From: Candidatus Aenigmatarchaeota archaeon
Lineage (GTDB): Archaea; Aenigmatarchaeota; Aenigmatarchaeia; QMZP01; QMZT01
DNA length: 24,742 nt
Direction of reading: 5' to 3'
Assembly (NCBI GenBank): GCA_043808015.1
Contig: JAZDFI010000021.1
Coordinates: forward strand, 1-24,742
A program made the translations under genes and the position numbers. This document shows, piece by piece, positions 8,411-17,409 of the stretch (positions are counted from its first letter, which is position 1; every line of letters starts with the position of its first letter). Under the pieces are notes generated by a model, which was given only the letters and a program-made list of their open reading frames with translations, was not told the origin of the DNA and searched no databases.

Positions 8411-8832
8411 ACCGGCGGATTAGCATCTACACGGACGGCGCTTCGCGCGGCAATCCCGGTCCCGGCGCAGTCGCTTACCTCATAGTCAATGAGAAGGGCG
8501 AGCTGATAGCGGAGCGTGCCGAATTCATAGGCGCTTGCACCAACAACATCGCCGAGTACAAAGCGCTTATAGCGGGCCTGAAAGCCGCCGAGAAGCTCGG
8601 CGGCAGCGAGCTCACGTGCTTCTCTGACAGCCAGCTTATGATAAGCCAGATGAAAGGCGAGTTCAAGGTCAAGAAAGGCCATCTGAAAGAGCTGTTCGAA
8701 GAAGCGAAAACTCTAGAAAAAAAATTCATGAAAGTCGAATACGTCAACGTGCGCAGAACCGACCCTGTCATACAGAAAGCCGACAGGATGGTAAACTATG
8801 TCATGGATTCGATGTCAAGATTCAGAAAATGA
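8398..8832 (+). CDS. rnhA: Ribonuclease HI family protein
   Basis: YTDGASRGNPG, TNNIAEY, SDSQL and ADRM carry the D-E-D-D catalytic set. ATG at 8398 (or 8407) overlaps the endonuclease IV 3' end. Confidence 0.92.
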   Translation: MEKMNRRISIYTDGASRGNPGPGAVAYLIVNEKGELIAERAEFIGACTNNIAEYKALIAGLKAAEKLGGSELTCFSDSQLMISQMKGEFKVKKGHLKELFEEAKTLEKKFMKVEYVNVRRTDPVIQKADRMVNYVMDSMSRFRK

Positions 8833-8841
8833 TTTCTGCTT

Positions 8842-9531
8842 TTATAATTTTTCTTTTTCGGCCAGCTCTGCATCCTCGATTACATACTCGCCTCTCGCTC
8901 CGTCCCATTCCTTGTGCGCGCGGATTATGCGGATCTTCTTCTTGAATATCGGCGCGTCGATGACGAACGATTCGTACTCGCCTCCCTCGCCGCCCATGTG
9001 CACGCCGTATTTCGCGTTCAGCTTTTCCAGGTCTTTCAGCGCTTCCTCGTCGAGCGTCCTGCCCAGCCACTTCTCGGTCAGGCCTTCGGCCGCGACGGCT
9101 GTGAAAATGACTTCGAAGCCGAGCATCAGCAGCTCGCTCAGGTATTCCTTCATCGGCCTCTCCCAGTGGGGCGAGAACGACTCGAGACCGATTTCCCTGC
9201 ACACGTTGTCGATGCGCACGCGCTGATAACGACTAGCGAGCGCTCCTGATACGACGCCTTCTATCTCCGGCTTCAGCGACGTCAGGATTTCCTTCAGCTC
9301 CTCGACTTCCTTGTTTTCTTCTCCGCTGACTTCCCTGAAGACGATTGGAATGCCCATCGCTTCAGCGTGAAGTCTGGCCCAGCGCGCGTTGGGGTGGTGG
9401 AACATGTACGAATCGCTCCTTTTCGGCACGAGCGTGAGCAGCATCTTGACGTTGAGGCCCATCGCCTGCGCCTTGTATACTGCGAACGTCGAATCTTTAG
9501 CACCCGAGAAAAGAACGGCAACGTTTTTCAT
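8842..9531 (-). CDS. dph6: Diphthine--ammonia ligase (PP-loop ATPase, DUF71)
   Basis: LFSGAKDS, DSYMFH, GALAS.YQR.R...VC, WLGR, GEGGEYES.V.DAPIF. Confidence 0.9.
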   Translation of the reverse strand: MKNVAVLFSGAKDSTFAVYKAQAMGLNVKMLLTLVPKRSDSYMFHHPNARWARLHAEAMGIPIVFREVSGEENKEVEELKEILTSLKPEIEGVVSGALASRYQRVRIDNVCREIGLESFSPHWERPMKEYLSELLMLGFEVIFTAVAAEGLTEKWLGRTLDEEALKDLEKLNAKYGVHMGGEGGEYESFVIDAPIFKKKIRIIRAHKEWDGARGEYVIEDAELAEKEKL

Positions 9532-9596
9532 ATTATCAATTATTCTCTTTGCACGCCCGGTCTTAAAAATAAAAAACTAACTGCCAAATAAGGCGT

Positions 9597-10394
9597 ATGA
9601 ACGTATATTCACTTGCAAGTGATTATAGCAGGAGAAAATTCGATTACGCGGATTTCATGAGAAAGATGCAGGCCGAAGGCCGCGTGACTGCATATCCTTC
9701 GGAGAACGGAAACCCGATATACGCCGTGAGGTTCGGCAAGTCTCCCAAACTGATAATATCTTTCTCGGGCAATCACGGGAACGAGACTAATGCGATAAAC
9801 GGCGGTAAAAAGATGCTGCTGATGTTGTCTGAAGGCAGGCTGGATGAATTTCTTGAGGATGCATCTTATGTCGGCGTGCCATGCCTGAACCCCGATGGTG
9901 AGCTCCTCAACCAAAGAGAAAACGCGAAAGGCATCAACGTAAACCGCGACTTTAGCGGGCGCGGGCCGATGCATATTTTTGGCCGGGCATTCAGGACAAA
10001 AGAAGCCCTTGCAGCGAAAAGAATCATCGATGAAAATCACCCCGCTATTGTATTAGACCACCACGATTATGGCATGAGACCATCTGAGTTCGAAACACAC
10101 GAAAGCGGCACTCCGCTGGCAGAAAAAATCGCATTGGATGTCAGGGCTGCCGTGCGGGAGTGGGGTGGATATGTAGAAGATGTGCTGGCATACCCGAAAC
10201 TAGGGCCCAGCAGGCTTGTGGGATACGCATCCAGAATGGAAATACCTTCCATTCTTTTCGAGTCCGGCATTTTCCTGGGTGCGGAGCCTCACATAATAGC
10301 TGACGTGGAAACCATGAAGAGCTTTAGCGAAAGCCTGAGGGCTCGTCAAAAAAGGTCTTTGAGCTCGCCGAGGAACGTGCCGTCGAGCATGTAG
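9597..10394 (+). CDS. M14-family zinc carboxypeptidase / deacylase-like protein
   Basis: HGNE (HxxE), P.LNPDG, R.NAKGINVNRDF, LDHH third Zn ligand, ILFE catalytic Glu. Confidence 0.85.
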   Translation: MNVYSLASDYSRRKFDYADFMRKMQAEGRVTAYPSENGNPIYAVRFGKSPKLIISFSGNHGNETNAINGGKKMLLMLSEGRLDEFLEDASYVGVPCLNPDGELLNQRENAKGINVNRDFSGRGPMHIFGRAFRTKEALAAKRIIDENHPAIVLDHHDYGMRPSEFETHESGTPLAEKIALDVRAAVREWGGYVEDVLAYPKLGPSRLVGYASRMEIPSILFESGIFLGAEPHIIADVETMKSFSESLRARQKRSLSSPRNVPSSM

Positions 10395-11143
10395 ACTTTC
10401 GCAGTCCTCAGCTTGGCCGAGCGCACGAGCGCGCCTATGCCACTCTGCTCGTTCCTGTGCTCCCTCTCTATCGCCGGAAGCGAATAGTTCATGGATATTC
10501 CGCCGGACAGGCGGTTGAACTTCGGCACCATTATAAGCTCCGGCAGTTTCGCCGGCAGGTGCTTGTATCTCGCGAGTTTCGCCCTGTCCAGCTCCGCGCG
10601 TATCCACACCTGCTCGTAAAACCTGTGGCCGAGCTTGTCGCGGAACTCGATTTGCGGATGCTCGTGGCCCACGAAAACATGACCAGCGCTAAGGAACTTT
10701 TCATCCGGCCATGCGTGGCCGTGCAGGAAAAAGAATCCATTTCGTCCGAATCCGCTGCTGGGATGCAGGCGCACGTTCTCCGGCAGGAAGTTCTTCAGGT
10801 TCGTGTCGTGGTTGCCTGTAGCTATGTCTATCGAGGCTTTTTTGCCCAGCTCGTAGAGGAATTCCGGTATCTCGCGCAGCTCCTGTTGCGTCGAGCCGGG
10901 GACCTTGTGCTTCACGTCGCCGAGCACGACCAGCGTCTTGGCGCCAGTCAGGTTGATGAGCTCCTTCACGGCCTTCAGCAGGCCCGGAGTATTCGATGGT
11001 ATGCGGATGCCGGATTTGTAATACCCGTATTCGACTCCTATGTGCAGGTCCGCAATGACCAGCGCTTCGCCGGCGACGACTGCAGGCTGGCCTGTCACGA
11101 ATTTTATTTCCTGTTTATGCACGACCGGCTTTCTCGTAACCAT
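10346..11143 (-). CDS. Calcineurin-like metallophosphoesterase (COG1407/ICC-like)
   Basis: IADLHIG, LGDVKH, GNHD, HGH, GHEHP, P.FN.LSGG. The start is placed at 11143 because the longer ORF runs antisense into the next gene. Confidence 0.9.
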   Translation of the reverse strand: MVTRKPVVHKQEIKFVTGQPAVVAGEALVIADLHIGVEYGYYKSGIRIPSNTPGLLKAVKELINLTGAKTLVVLGDVKHKVPGSTQQELREIPEFLYELGKKASIDIATGNHDTNLKNFLPENVRLHPSSGFGRNGFFFLHGHAWPDEKFLSAGHVFVGHEHPQIEFRDKLGHRFYEQVWIRAELDRAKLARYKHLPAKLPELIMVPKFNRLSGGISMNYSLPAIEREHRNEQSGIGALVRSAKLRTAKVYMLDGTFLGELKDLF

Positions 11144-11191
11144 GTGATTTATTTGCGGTTTGTTTTTAAAATCTGATTCCAAGAATAAGGC

Positions 11192-12121
11192 ATGGACGAG
11201 CGACGGATGGAGAATGAAATCCGCGAAGAACAGAAGCGCCTCCGGGATGAGATACGGGAGAACGAGAAGGAAGCGGACGACAGGCTTGACCAGATACTTT
11301 TCAAGAGGAAGATTGATTTCTGCCCGCGCTGCGGCAGCAAGATAACGTCGCGCGCGGACTGGGCCGGCAGGTGCATGCACGAAGGCTGCGTCGAGATGCT
11401 CTGCTCATCGTGCTGGGCCGAAGAAGGGAAGCGCTACTGCAAAAAGCACGAGAAGGACTTCGTGACGAAAGAGGAAGCGACTGCCGACGACGCGAAGAAT
11501 CTAACGCTTAATTACATGGACTTCGTGCAGGAGCGGATGAAGAAGTTCCGTCTCGACTGGAACCACGAGGGCTACATAAGACGAGCGAAAGCTTTTCGCA
11601 AAAACAAGAGATACGGCGAGTTCGAGATGCTCGTGTGCGAGAGAGGGTTCTTTTCGAAGAAGCCCAAGGTCAGGATTCTCGTGAGGCCGCTTGCAGAAGC
11701 CTACCAGAACGAGATCAACACGGTCATAGAAAATTCCGACGAAAGCGGCGTCTACACGGTCTTTGTTTTTCTGGGCGGCGAGCCGCGGCTTGGCACGAAA
11801 GCGGTAAGACTGGCGAACGATTTCTCGAACAAGAAAGCCTCGCTTTTCGTCATGGATATGGAGAGCGGCAAGCTTAATTTCAACGCGTCTGAAAAATTAT
11901 CCGAGCGTTACTCGTTCTGGCTCGATCCGTCGAAAGTGCCTTTGACGTTCGCTGGAATGCTGGCGAGCGTCGCCGAAAGCGTGTCCGGCAGGAAAATCGT
12001 GCATGCGCTCGACTTCGGCAAGATGCTCGGCAAGGCCGAAGAAGAAGCGGCCGATATACTGCGGAAGAGCGGCCTGCTCGAGGAAGCGAAGGGCACGAAT
12101 TCTTTCATCATGAAGGAGTAG
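11192..12121 (+). CDS. Hypothetical protein with Cys/His zinc-finger region
   Basis: 309 aa. Charged coiled coil, then CPRC-x13-CMHEGC-x4-CSSC-x8-CKKH. Codon usage matches the backbone. Confidence 0.8.
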   Translation: MDERRMENEIREEQKRLRDEIRENEKEADDRLDQILFKRKIDFCPRCGSKITSRADWAGRCMHEGCVEMLCSSCWAEEGKRYCKKHEKDFVTKEEATADDAKNLTLNYMDFVQERMKKFRLDWNHEGYIRRAKAFRKNKRYGEFEMLVCERGFFSKKPKVRILVRPLAEAYQNEINTVIENSDESGVYTVFVFLGGEPRLGTKAVRLANDFSNKKASLFVMDMESGKLNFNASEKLSERYSFWLDPSKVPLTFAGMLASVAESVSGRKIVHALDFGKMLGKAEEEAADILRKSGLLEEAKGTNSFIMKE

Positions 12122-12133
12122 CGCTGGTTCAGC

Positions 12134-12150
12134 GAGAGAAACTTATAAAT
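12134..12150 (+). promoter_or_regulatory. BRE/TATA promoter of the tRNA gene
   Basis: Purine-rich gagagaaac followed by ttataaat, about 30-38 nt upstream of the mature tRNA 5' end. Confidence 0.55.
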
Positions 12151-12180
12151 TACAGCGCTGTTTTATAGATATAAGTCAGG

Positions 12181-12296
12181 GGTCTCGTGGCTCAGCCTGG
12201 TTAGAGCGCCCGACTGATAAACTGCCAGCGTCATTCGAAATATCCGCTTGTGGTTTCGATATCGGGAGGTCCTGGGTTCAAATCCCAGCGAGACCA
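12181..12296 (+). tRNA. tRNA-Ile(GAU) with a 41-nt intron (12220-12260) at the canonical 37/38 position
   Basis: Acceptor GGTCTCG/CGAGACC plus discriminator A. D arm GCTC-AGCCTGGTTA-GAGC. Anticodon stem CCCGA/TCGGG with CT-GAT-A. T arm CTGGG-TTCAAAT-CCCAG. CCA not encoded. Confidence 0.93.
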
Positions 12297-12337
12297 CTAA
12301 AAATAAATGCTTTCGGAAAATGTGTGGAGGTATGATT

Positions 12338-13030
12338 ATGCAGCATGGAGATTTCGTTGAAGTGGATTACGTCGGAAGGGTAAAGATTACAGGGGATATT
12401 TTCGACCTGACTAACGAGGACGTCGCCAGGAAGGAGAAGATACACGACCCCAAGGCGCCTTACGGGCCCGCGCTGATAATCATCGGCTCGCAGATGACCG
12501 TGCACGGCGTCATGAAGGAGCTGGAAAAAATGAACGTCGGAGAGGAGCGCACGTTCGACGTGCTTCCCGATGAAGGGTTCGGCCAGCGCGACGTGAAGCT
12601 CATCAAGATACTGCCTGCCTCGAAGTTCATAGAAAACAAGATTAATCCCGTGCCCGGCGAGTATTTCGACATCGACGGCATGCAGGCGAAGATACAGAGC
12701 GTGTCCGGAGGACGAGTGCGCGTCGACTTCAACAATCCCCTGGCAGGCAAGGCGCTCACTTACGACATGAAAGTCATCAGGAAAATCGAGGATGACAAGG
12801 AAAAAATCGAGAAGCTGCTGAATTATTACAGGGTCGACTACACGCACGTCATCCTCAAGGGCAAGGAACTGGAGATAAAGACCAAGAAGCCCGTCAGCCA
12901 GGTGCTCCGGAAGTTCATCGGCGACATCGTCACGAAATGGATAAAGGTCGGCGAAAAGATTGAATACGTTTCCGAAGAGGACAAGAAAGCGGAAGAAAAA
13001 AGCGAAAGCGCAGAAGCCAAGAAAGACTGA
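12338..13030 (+). CDS. Long-type FKBP peptidyl-prolyl cis-trans isomerase (SlyD-like)
   Basis: GDFVEVDYVGR...IFDLT, P.EGFG.RD, GGRVRVDFNNPLAGK.L.Y. GGAGGT SD at 12326-12331. Confidence 0.93.
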   Translation: MQHGDFVEVDYVGRVKITGDIFDLTNEDVARKEKIHDPKAPYGPALIIIGSQMTVHGVMKELEKMNVGEERTFDVLPDEGFGQRDVKLIKILPASKFIENKINPVPGEYFDIDGMQAKIQSVSGGRVRVDFNNPLAGKALTYDMKVIRKIEDDKEKIEKLLNYYRVDYTHVILKGKELEIKTKKPVSQVLRKFIGDIVTKWIKVGEKIEYVSEEDKKAEEKSESAEAKKD

Positions 13031-13171
13031 CGTTTTTGCGCCATAAAATTCCGCAACTCTTGCCGCTTTTTAGAATGCTGGAGCAAATAAAATTTAAATA
13101 GTTTATTCCCATTATTTTCTTATGAATATTGTCGAACTGATAATTATTCGAGTTTGATGGAGGGGTTTTGT

Positions 13172-14281
13172 ATGGGCGTAAAAAGTGTTGATGCTAAGGA
13201 AGTAATAAAGGAAAGGGAGAGGAAACCGCATCCCGAGGTCGACGAGGAGCTGAGGAAGATTCTCGAGTCCAAGAGGGCCGAGATCAAGGTCATCGGCGTC
13301 GGCGGCGCGGGAGGCAACACGATTTCCCGCATGGTGCAGGTAGGCATCACCGGCGCGGAGACGCTGGCCATGAACACTGACGCTCAGGACCTGCTTTACA
13401 CGGATGCTGACACCAAGGTTCTCATCGGCAGGGAGCTTACCGGAGGCCTTGGAGCGGGCGCTGACCCGAAGACGGGCGCGGAAGCCGCGAAAGAATCCAA
13501 GGAGGACATTAAAAAAGCGATAGAGGGAGCGGATCTCGTTTTCGTCACGTGCGGCCTCGGAGGCGGCACTGGCACAGGCGCTGCTCCAGTGATTGCGGAC
13601 ATCGCCAAGAAGAACGGCGCGCTTACTGTCGGCGTCGTCACTCTGCCATTCCAGATGGAAGGCAGGCAGAGGGCGAGGAACGCGCAGGAAGGCCTTGAAA
13701 GCCTTCAGGCAGTCGCAGACACGATTATAATCATACCCAACGACAAGCTGCTCGAAATCGTACCGGACGTCTCGATAACGACCGCGTTCAAAGTCGCGGA
13801 CGAGATCCTGGTAAACGCCGTGAAAGGCGTGACTGAACTTGTCACGAAACCCGGTCTTGTAAACCTTGACTTCGCAGACGTGCGCGCTGTCATGGGCGCA
13901 GGCGGAGTGGCGATGATAGGCATGGGCGAGAGCGATACGGATAACCGTGCCATCGAATCCGTCGAGAAGTCGCTTAACAACCCGCTGCTGGATGTCGATA
14001 TTGAAGGCGCGACGGGCGCCCTGATAAACGTCTGCGGCGGCGAGGACATCACGATAAAGGAATGCCAGGAGATTGTCGAGGCTGTCACGACCAAGCTTAA
14101 CCCGGACGCCAAGATAATCTGGGGAGCGCAGATAGTCAAGGAGCTCGGCGACACCATAAGATCGATGCTGATAATCACGGGAGTGAAGACTCCGCATCTT
14201 TTCGGGCCTTCGGAGAAGAGGATAACCAACGCCAAGCAGAAGGAAATAGAAAGGGTCCTGGGCATAGACTTCGTTGAGTAA
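13172..14281 (+). CDS. ftsZ: Cell division GTPase FtsZ (FtsZ1 type by synteny)
   Basis: GVGGAGGN, NTDAQ, GLGAG, GLGGGTGTG, PF..EG, NLDFADV. GGAGGGG SD before the ATG at 13172. Confidence 0.98.
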   Translation: MGVKSVDAKEVIKERERKPHPEVDEELRKILESKRAEIKVIGVGGAGGNTISRMVQVGITGAETLAMNTDAQDLLYTDADTKVLIGRELTGGLGAGADPKTGAEAAKESKEDIKKAIEGADLVFVTCGLGGGTGTGAAPVIADIAKKNGALTVGVVTLPFQMEGRQRARNAQEGLESLQAVADTIIIIPNDKLLEIVPDVSITTAFKVADEILVNAVKGVTELVTKPGLVNLDFADVRAVMGAGGVAMIGMGESDTDNRAIESVEKSLNNPLLDVDIEGATGALINVCGGEDITIKECQEIVEAVTTKLNPDAKIIWGAQIVKELGDTIRSMLIITGVKTPHLFGPSEKRITNAKQKEIERVLGIDFVE

Positions 14282-14376
14282 AGCGAAGTCGTCCCCCGAT
14301 TTTTTTCCCTTTTCCAAACCTTTTTAAATCAGTTATTTAAACAAATATCCTATATAATACAGGATAAGGTATCTAC

Positions 14377-14562
14377 ATGAAGTTCAAGGAAACATTTGAA
14401 AACTGGAAGAGAGTGCTGCAGGTGGCGAGAAAGCCTGACAAATTCGAGTTCACTTCGACCAGCAAGATATGCGCCATAGGCCTGGTCCTGATAGGCGTGA
14501 TAGGATTCGTGATATTCATGGGTTCTGTGCTGGCATGTTCATTCGGAGGTTTTTGCTTATGA
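14377..14562 (+). CDS. secE: Protein translocase subunit SecE/Sec61-gamma
   Basis: WKRVLQVARKP...EF....KI..IGL.LIG.IGF.I; located between ftsZ and spt5. Confidence 0.93.
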   Translation: MKFKETFENWKRVLQVARKPDKFEFTSTSKICAIGLVLIGVIGFVIFMGSVLACSFGGFCL

Positions 14563-15104
14563 CCATATATACGGTAAGGACAACCGCGGGACGAGAGCTG
14601 ATAGTGATAGACATGATAAACAACAGAGTCCGCATGGACAATCTCAAAGTCAAGAGCATTTCACACCCGGGCGAGTTGAAGGGATACGTTTTCATCGAGG
14701 GCTCGGAAGGCGACGTGCGAAAGTCGGTCCAGGGCGTCATGCACATAAAGGGTTTCATCGAAAAGCCCGTTACGCTGCCTGAAATCCAGCAGTTCTTCCA
14801 GACCAAGAATGTCAAGATAACCGTCAGCGAAGGCGATATTGTCGAGATTGTTGGCGGACCTTTCAAAGGGGAGAAAGGCAGGGTCCAGAGAATCGACAAG
14901 GTCAAGGACGAGGTAACGGTCGAGCTTCTGGAGGCCAGCATTCCCATACCGGTCACCATTTCGGTAGAGCTGCTTAAGCTCATCAAGAGGGACAAGCCAG
15001 CCCCGGAAGAGCAGGCCAAGCCGATACAGCACGTCGAAGAAGAGAAAAAGGAGCGCCCGTACAACCCGTTCGAGGACGAGCCCGCTGACCAGGCGAAAGA
15101 GTAA
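14559..15104 (+). CDS. spt5: Transcription elongation factor Spt5/NusG
   Basis: IYTVRTTAGRE, LKGYVFIE (NGN domain), GDIVEIVGGPFKGEKG (KOW), IPIPVT. ATGA overlap with secE; GGAGGT SD. Confidence 0.95.
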   Translation: MTIYTVRTTAGRELIVIDMINNRVRMDNLKVKSISHPGELKGYVFIEGSEGDVRKSVQGVMHIKGFIEKPVTLPEIQQFFQTKNVKITVSEGDIVEIVGGPFKGEKGRVQRIDKVKDEVTVELLEASIPIPVTISVELLKLIKRDKPAPEEQAKPIQHVEEEKKERPYNPFEDEPADQAKE

Positions 15105-15137
15105 TATTTAAATGCATGCGAACAATAAAGGATGATT

Positions 15138-15743
15138 ATGCCGACGGAAAAGATAAGCGTCATGGTTGAAGGTGGAAAGGCAACAGCAGCGCCGCCGCTG
15201 GGACCGGCACTCGGTCCGTTGGGCGTCCCGATAAAGAAAATCATAGACGAGATAAACAACAAGACCAAGGGCCTTGCGGGTATGCAGGTCCCGGTTACCG
15301 TCATAGTTGACAAAGCCACCAAGAACTTCGAGATAAAGGTCGGCACGCCGCCGGTCAGCGCGCTCATAAAAAAAGAGCTCGGTCTCGAGAAGGGATGCAG
15401 CGAGGCCGGCAAGGTGAGGGCGGGCGACCTTACGGAGGAGCAGGTCAGGAAAATCGCGCTCGCGAAGTTCGGTTCCGACGCTGCGCGTTATTACAACATG
15501 ATCATCGGTTCTGCAAGAAGCATGGGCGTAACAGTGGGCAAGGGCCCGCTTTCCGAAACTGAGGCGAAGGAATTGAAGAACGCCATGAAGAGGGCCGCAG
15601 AAGCGAAGCTTGGAGCAGCGGCTCCGGCAGCGGCAGCAGCGCCAGGCGCAGAAGGCGCTCCAGCGGCGCCGGTCGCGGCAGAGCCCAAGAAAGAGGAAAA
15701 GAAAAAGGAAGAGAAGAAGAGAAAGATCATGAGGGGCAAGTAA
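15138..15743 (+). CDS. rpl11: 50S ribosomal protein uL11 with Ala/Pro- and Lys-rich C-terminal extension
   Basis: VEGGKATAAPPLGPALGPLG, GMQVPV.V, VGTPPVSALIKKELG, SMGVTV. Confidence 0.95.
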   Translation: MPTEKISVMVEGGKATAAPPLGPALGPLGVPIKKIIDEINNKTKGLAGMQVPVTVIVDKATKNFEIKVGTPPVSALIKKELGLEKGCSEAGKVRAGDLTEEQVRKIALAKFGSDAARYYNMIIGSARSMGVTVGKGPLSETEAKELKNAMKRAAEAKLGAAAPAAAAAPGAEGAPAAPVAAEPKKEEKKKEEKKRKIMRGK

Positions 15744-15874
15744 GCTCTTCCTTAAGTTTATTTATTTCATACAAAACCGCATTTGTATGCACATTCTATA
15801 ACAATTTCAGATTCTAAATTTCTAGAGAATATGTTTTAAAAGCCTAAAAACAATAAAACAAATGGTTTTATAAA

Positions 15875-17338
15875 ATGAATAAAGATAAACAGAAAAAACT
15901 GACTACAGTTACTGGTTCTCCTGTACCGGATAATCAAAACTCCATGACTGCCGGTCCCAGAGGACCAATGCTTCTTCAGGATGTGTGGTTCCTCGAGAAG
16001 CTTGCCCATTTTGACAGGGAAGTGATTCCTGAAAGAAGGATGCATGCCAAAGGCTCCGGTGCTTATGGTACCTTTACCGTAACTCATGATATTACAAAAT
16101 ACACCAAAGCGAAGATTTTCTCTGAAATAAGCAAGAAAACTGATATGTTTGTCAGGTTTTCAACTGTTGCAGGAGAGCGCGGAGCTGCCGATGCAGAGCG
16201 TGATATTCGCGGCTTTGCCATGAAATTCTATACAGAGGAAGGCAACTGGGACCTGGTAGGAAACAATACTCCTGTTTTCTTCATACGCGATTCGCTCAAA
16301 TTCCCAGACTTGAACCATGCGGTAAAGCGTGACCCCCGTACAAACATGAGGAGCGCAAAAAACAACTGGGATTTTTGGTCATCCCTTCCTGAAGCGCTTC
16401 ATCAGGTGACTATCACCATGAGCGATAGGGGCATTCCGTTATCGTACAGGCACATGCACGGTTTCGGGAGCCATACATTTAGTCTGATTAATGCCAAAAA
16501 TGAACGAGTATGGGTCAAGTTCCATTTCATTACGCAGCAGGGCATCAAAAACATGACTGATGCCGAGGCTGAAGCCGTTGTCGCAAAGGACCGCGAAAGC
16601 CATCAGCGTGACTTGTACGAAAGTATCGAACGCGGCGAATTTCCTCGCTGGAAGATGTTCATCCAAGTAATGACCGAAGAGCAGGCAAAAAAGATGCCAT
16701 ACAACCCTTTCGATCTGACGAAAGTGTGGTATCATAAAGACTTCCCGCTTATAGAGGTTGGATATTTTGAACTCAACCGCAACCCTGAGAATTATTTTGC
16801 AGAGGTAGAACAGTCTGCATTCAACCCCGCCAGCGTTGTTCCTGGCATCGGTTTCTCTCCTGACAAGATGTTGCAGGGCAGGCTATTCTCTTATGGCGAC
16901 GCACAGCGATATAGACTCGGTGTGAATCACCATCAGATACCAGTGAACGCTCCCCGTTGTCCATTTAATAGCTATCATCGAGACGGCAAGATGAGGGTCA
17001 ACGATAACGCAGGTAGCACTATAGGTTATGAGCCTAACAGCTATGGGCAATGGCAGGAACAGCCAGATTTCAAAGAACCGCCGCTTGCATTAAGTGGCGC
17101 TGCATATAATTGGAATTTCAGGGAAGATGACGATGACTACTATACACAGCCAGGGAATTTGTTCAGGCTAATGAGCCATGAGCAGCAAAAAGTGCTGTTT
17201 GAAAACACAGCACGCTCGATGGGAGATATTCCAAAAGAAATAAAGATAAGACATATCAGAAACTGCATGAAAGCAGATCATGCTTACGGCAAAGGAGTGG
17301 CAGGTGCTCTGGGAATTCCGCTAAATGAAGTAAAGTAA
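15875..17338 (+). CDS. katA: Monofunctional small-subunit heme catalase
   Basis: [15 protein letters not shown] (distal His), [23 protein letters not shown] (proximal Tyr); 487 aa. Confidence 0.97.
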   Translation: MNKDKQKKLTTVTGSPVPDNQNSMTAGPRGPMLLQDVWFLEKLAHFDREVIPERRMHAKGSGAYGTFTVTHDITKYTKAKIFSEISKKTDMFVRFSTVAGERGAADAERDIRGFAMKFYTEEGNWDLVGNNTPVFFIRDSLKFPDLNHAVKRDPRTNMRSAKNNWDFWSSLPEALHQVTITMSDRGIPLSYRHMHGFGSHTFSLINAKNERVWVKFHFITQQGIKNMTDAEAEAVVAKDRESHQRDLYESIERGEFPRWKMFIQVMTEEQAKKMPYNPFDLTKVWYHKDFPLIEVGYFELNRNPENYFAEVEQSAFNPASVVPGIGFSPDKMLQGRLFSYGDAQRYRLGVNHHQIPVNAPRCPFNSYHRDGKMRVNDNAGSTIGYEPNSYGQWQEQPDFKEPPLALSGAAYNWNFREDDDDYYTQPGNLFRLMSHEQQKVLFENTARSMGDIPKEIKIRHIRNCMKADHAYGKGVAGALGIPLNEVK

Positions 17339-17409
17339 TTCGCCGCTTCAGATACTTTTTCTGACATTAGCCATCAAATGTTTTTCAGAATACGTTTCAC
17401 TCTTCAGAA

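Noticed and set aside
11144-11380. N-terminal extension of the phosphoesterase ORF
   Set aside because: Antisense to the zinc-finger gene; family motifs begin only after 11143.
12181-12330. tRNA as an integration site
   Set aside because: No duplicated tRNA 3' end seen in the window, and a housekeeping gene follows directly.
12248-12337. N-terminal extension of the FKBP ORF
   Set aside because: Begins inside the tRNA. The SD and homology support a start at 12338.
13112-14317. 401-aa ORF on the - strand
   Set aside because: Antisense shadow of ftsZ; no motifs. Such shadows are expected with GC-biased codon usage.
14516-15412. 298-aa ORF on the - strand
   Set aside because: Antisense to spt5 and rpl11; Ser/Thr-rich shadow composition.
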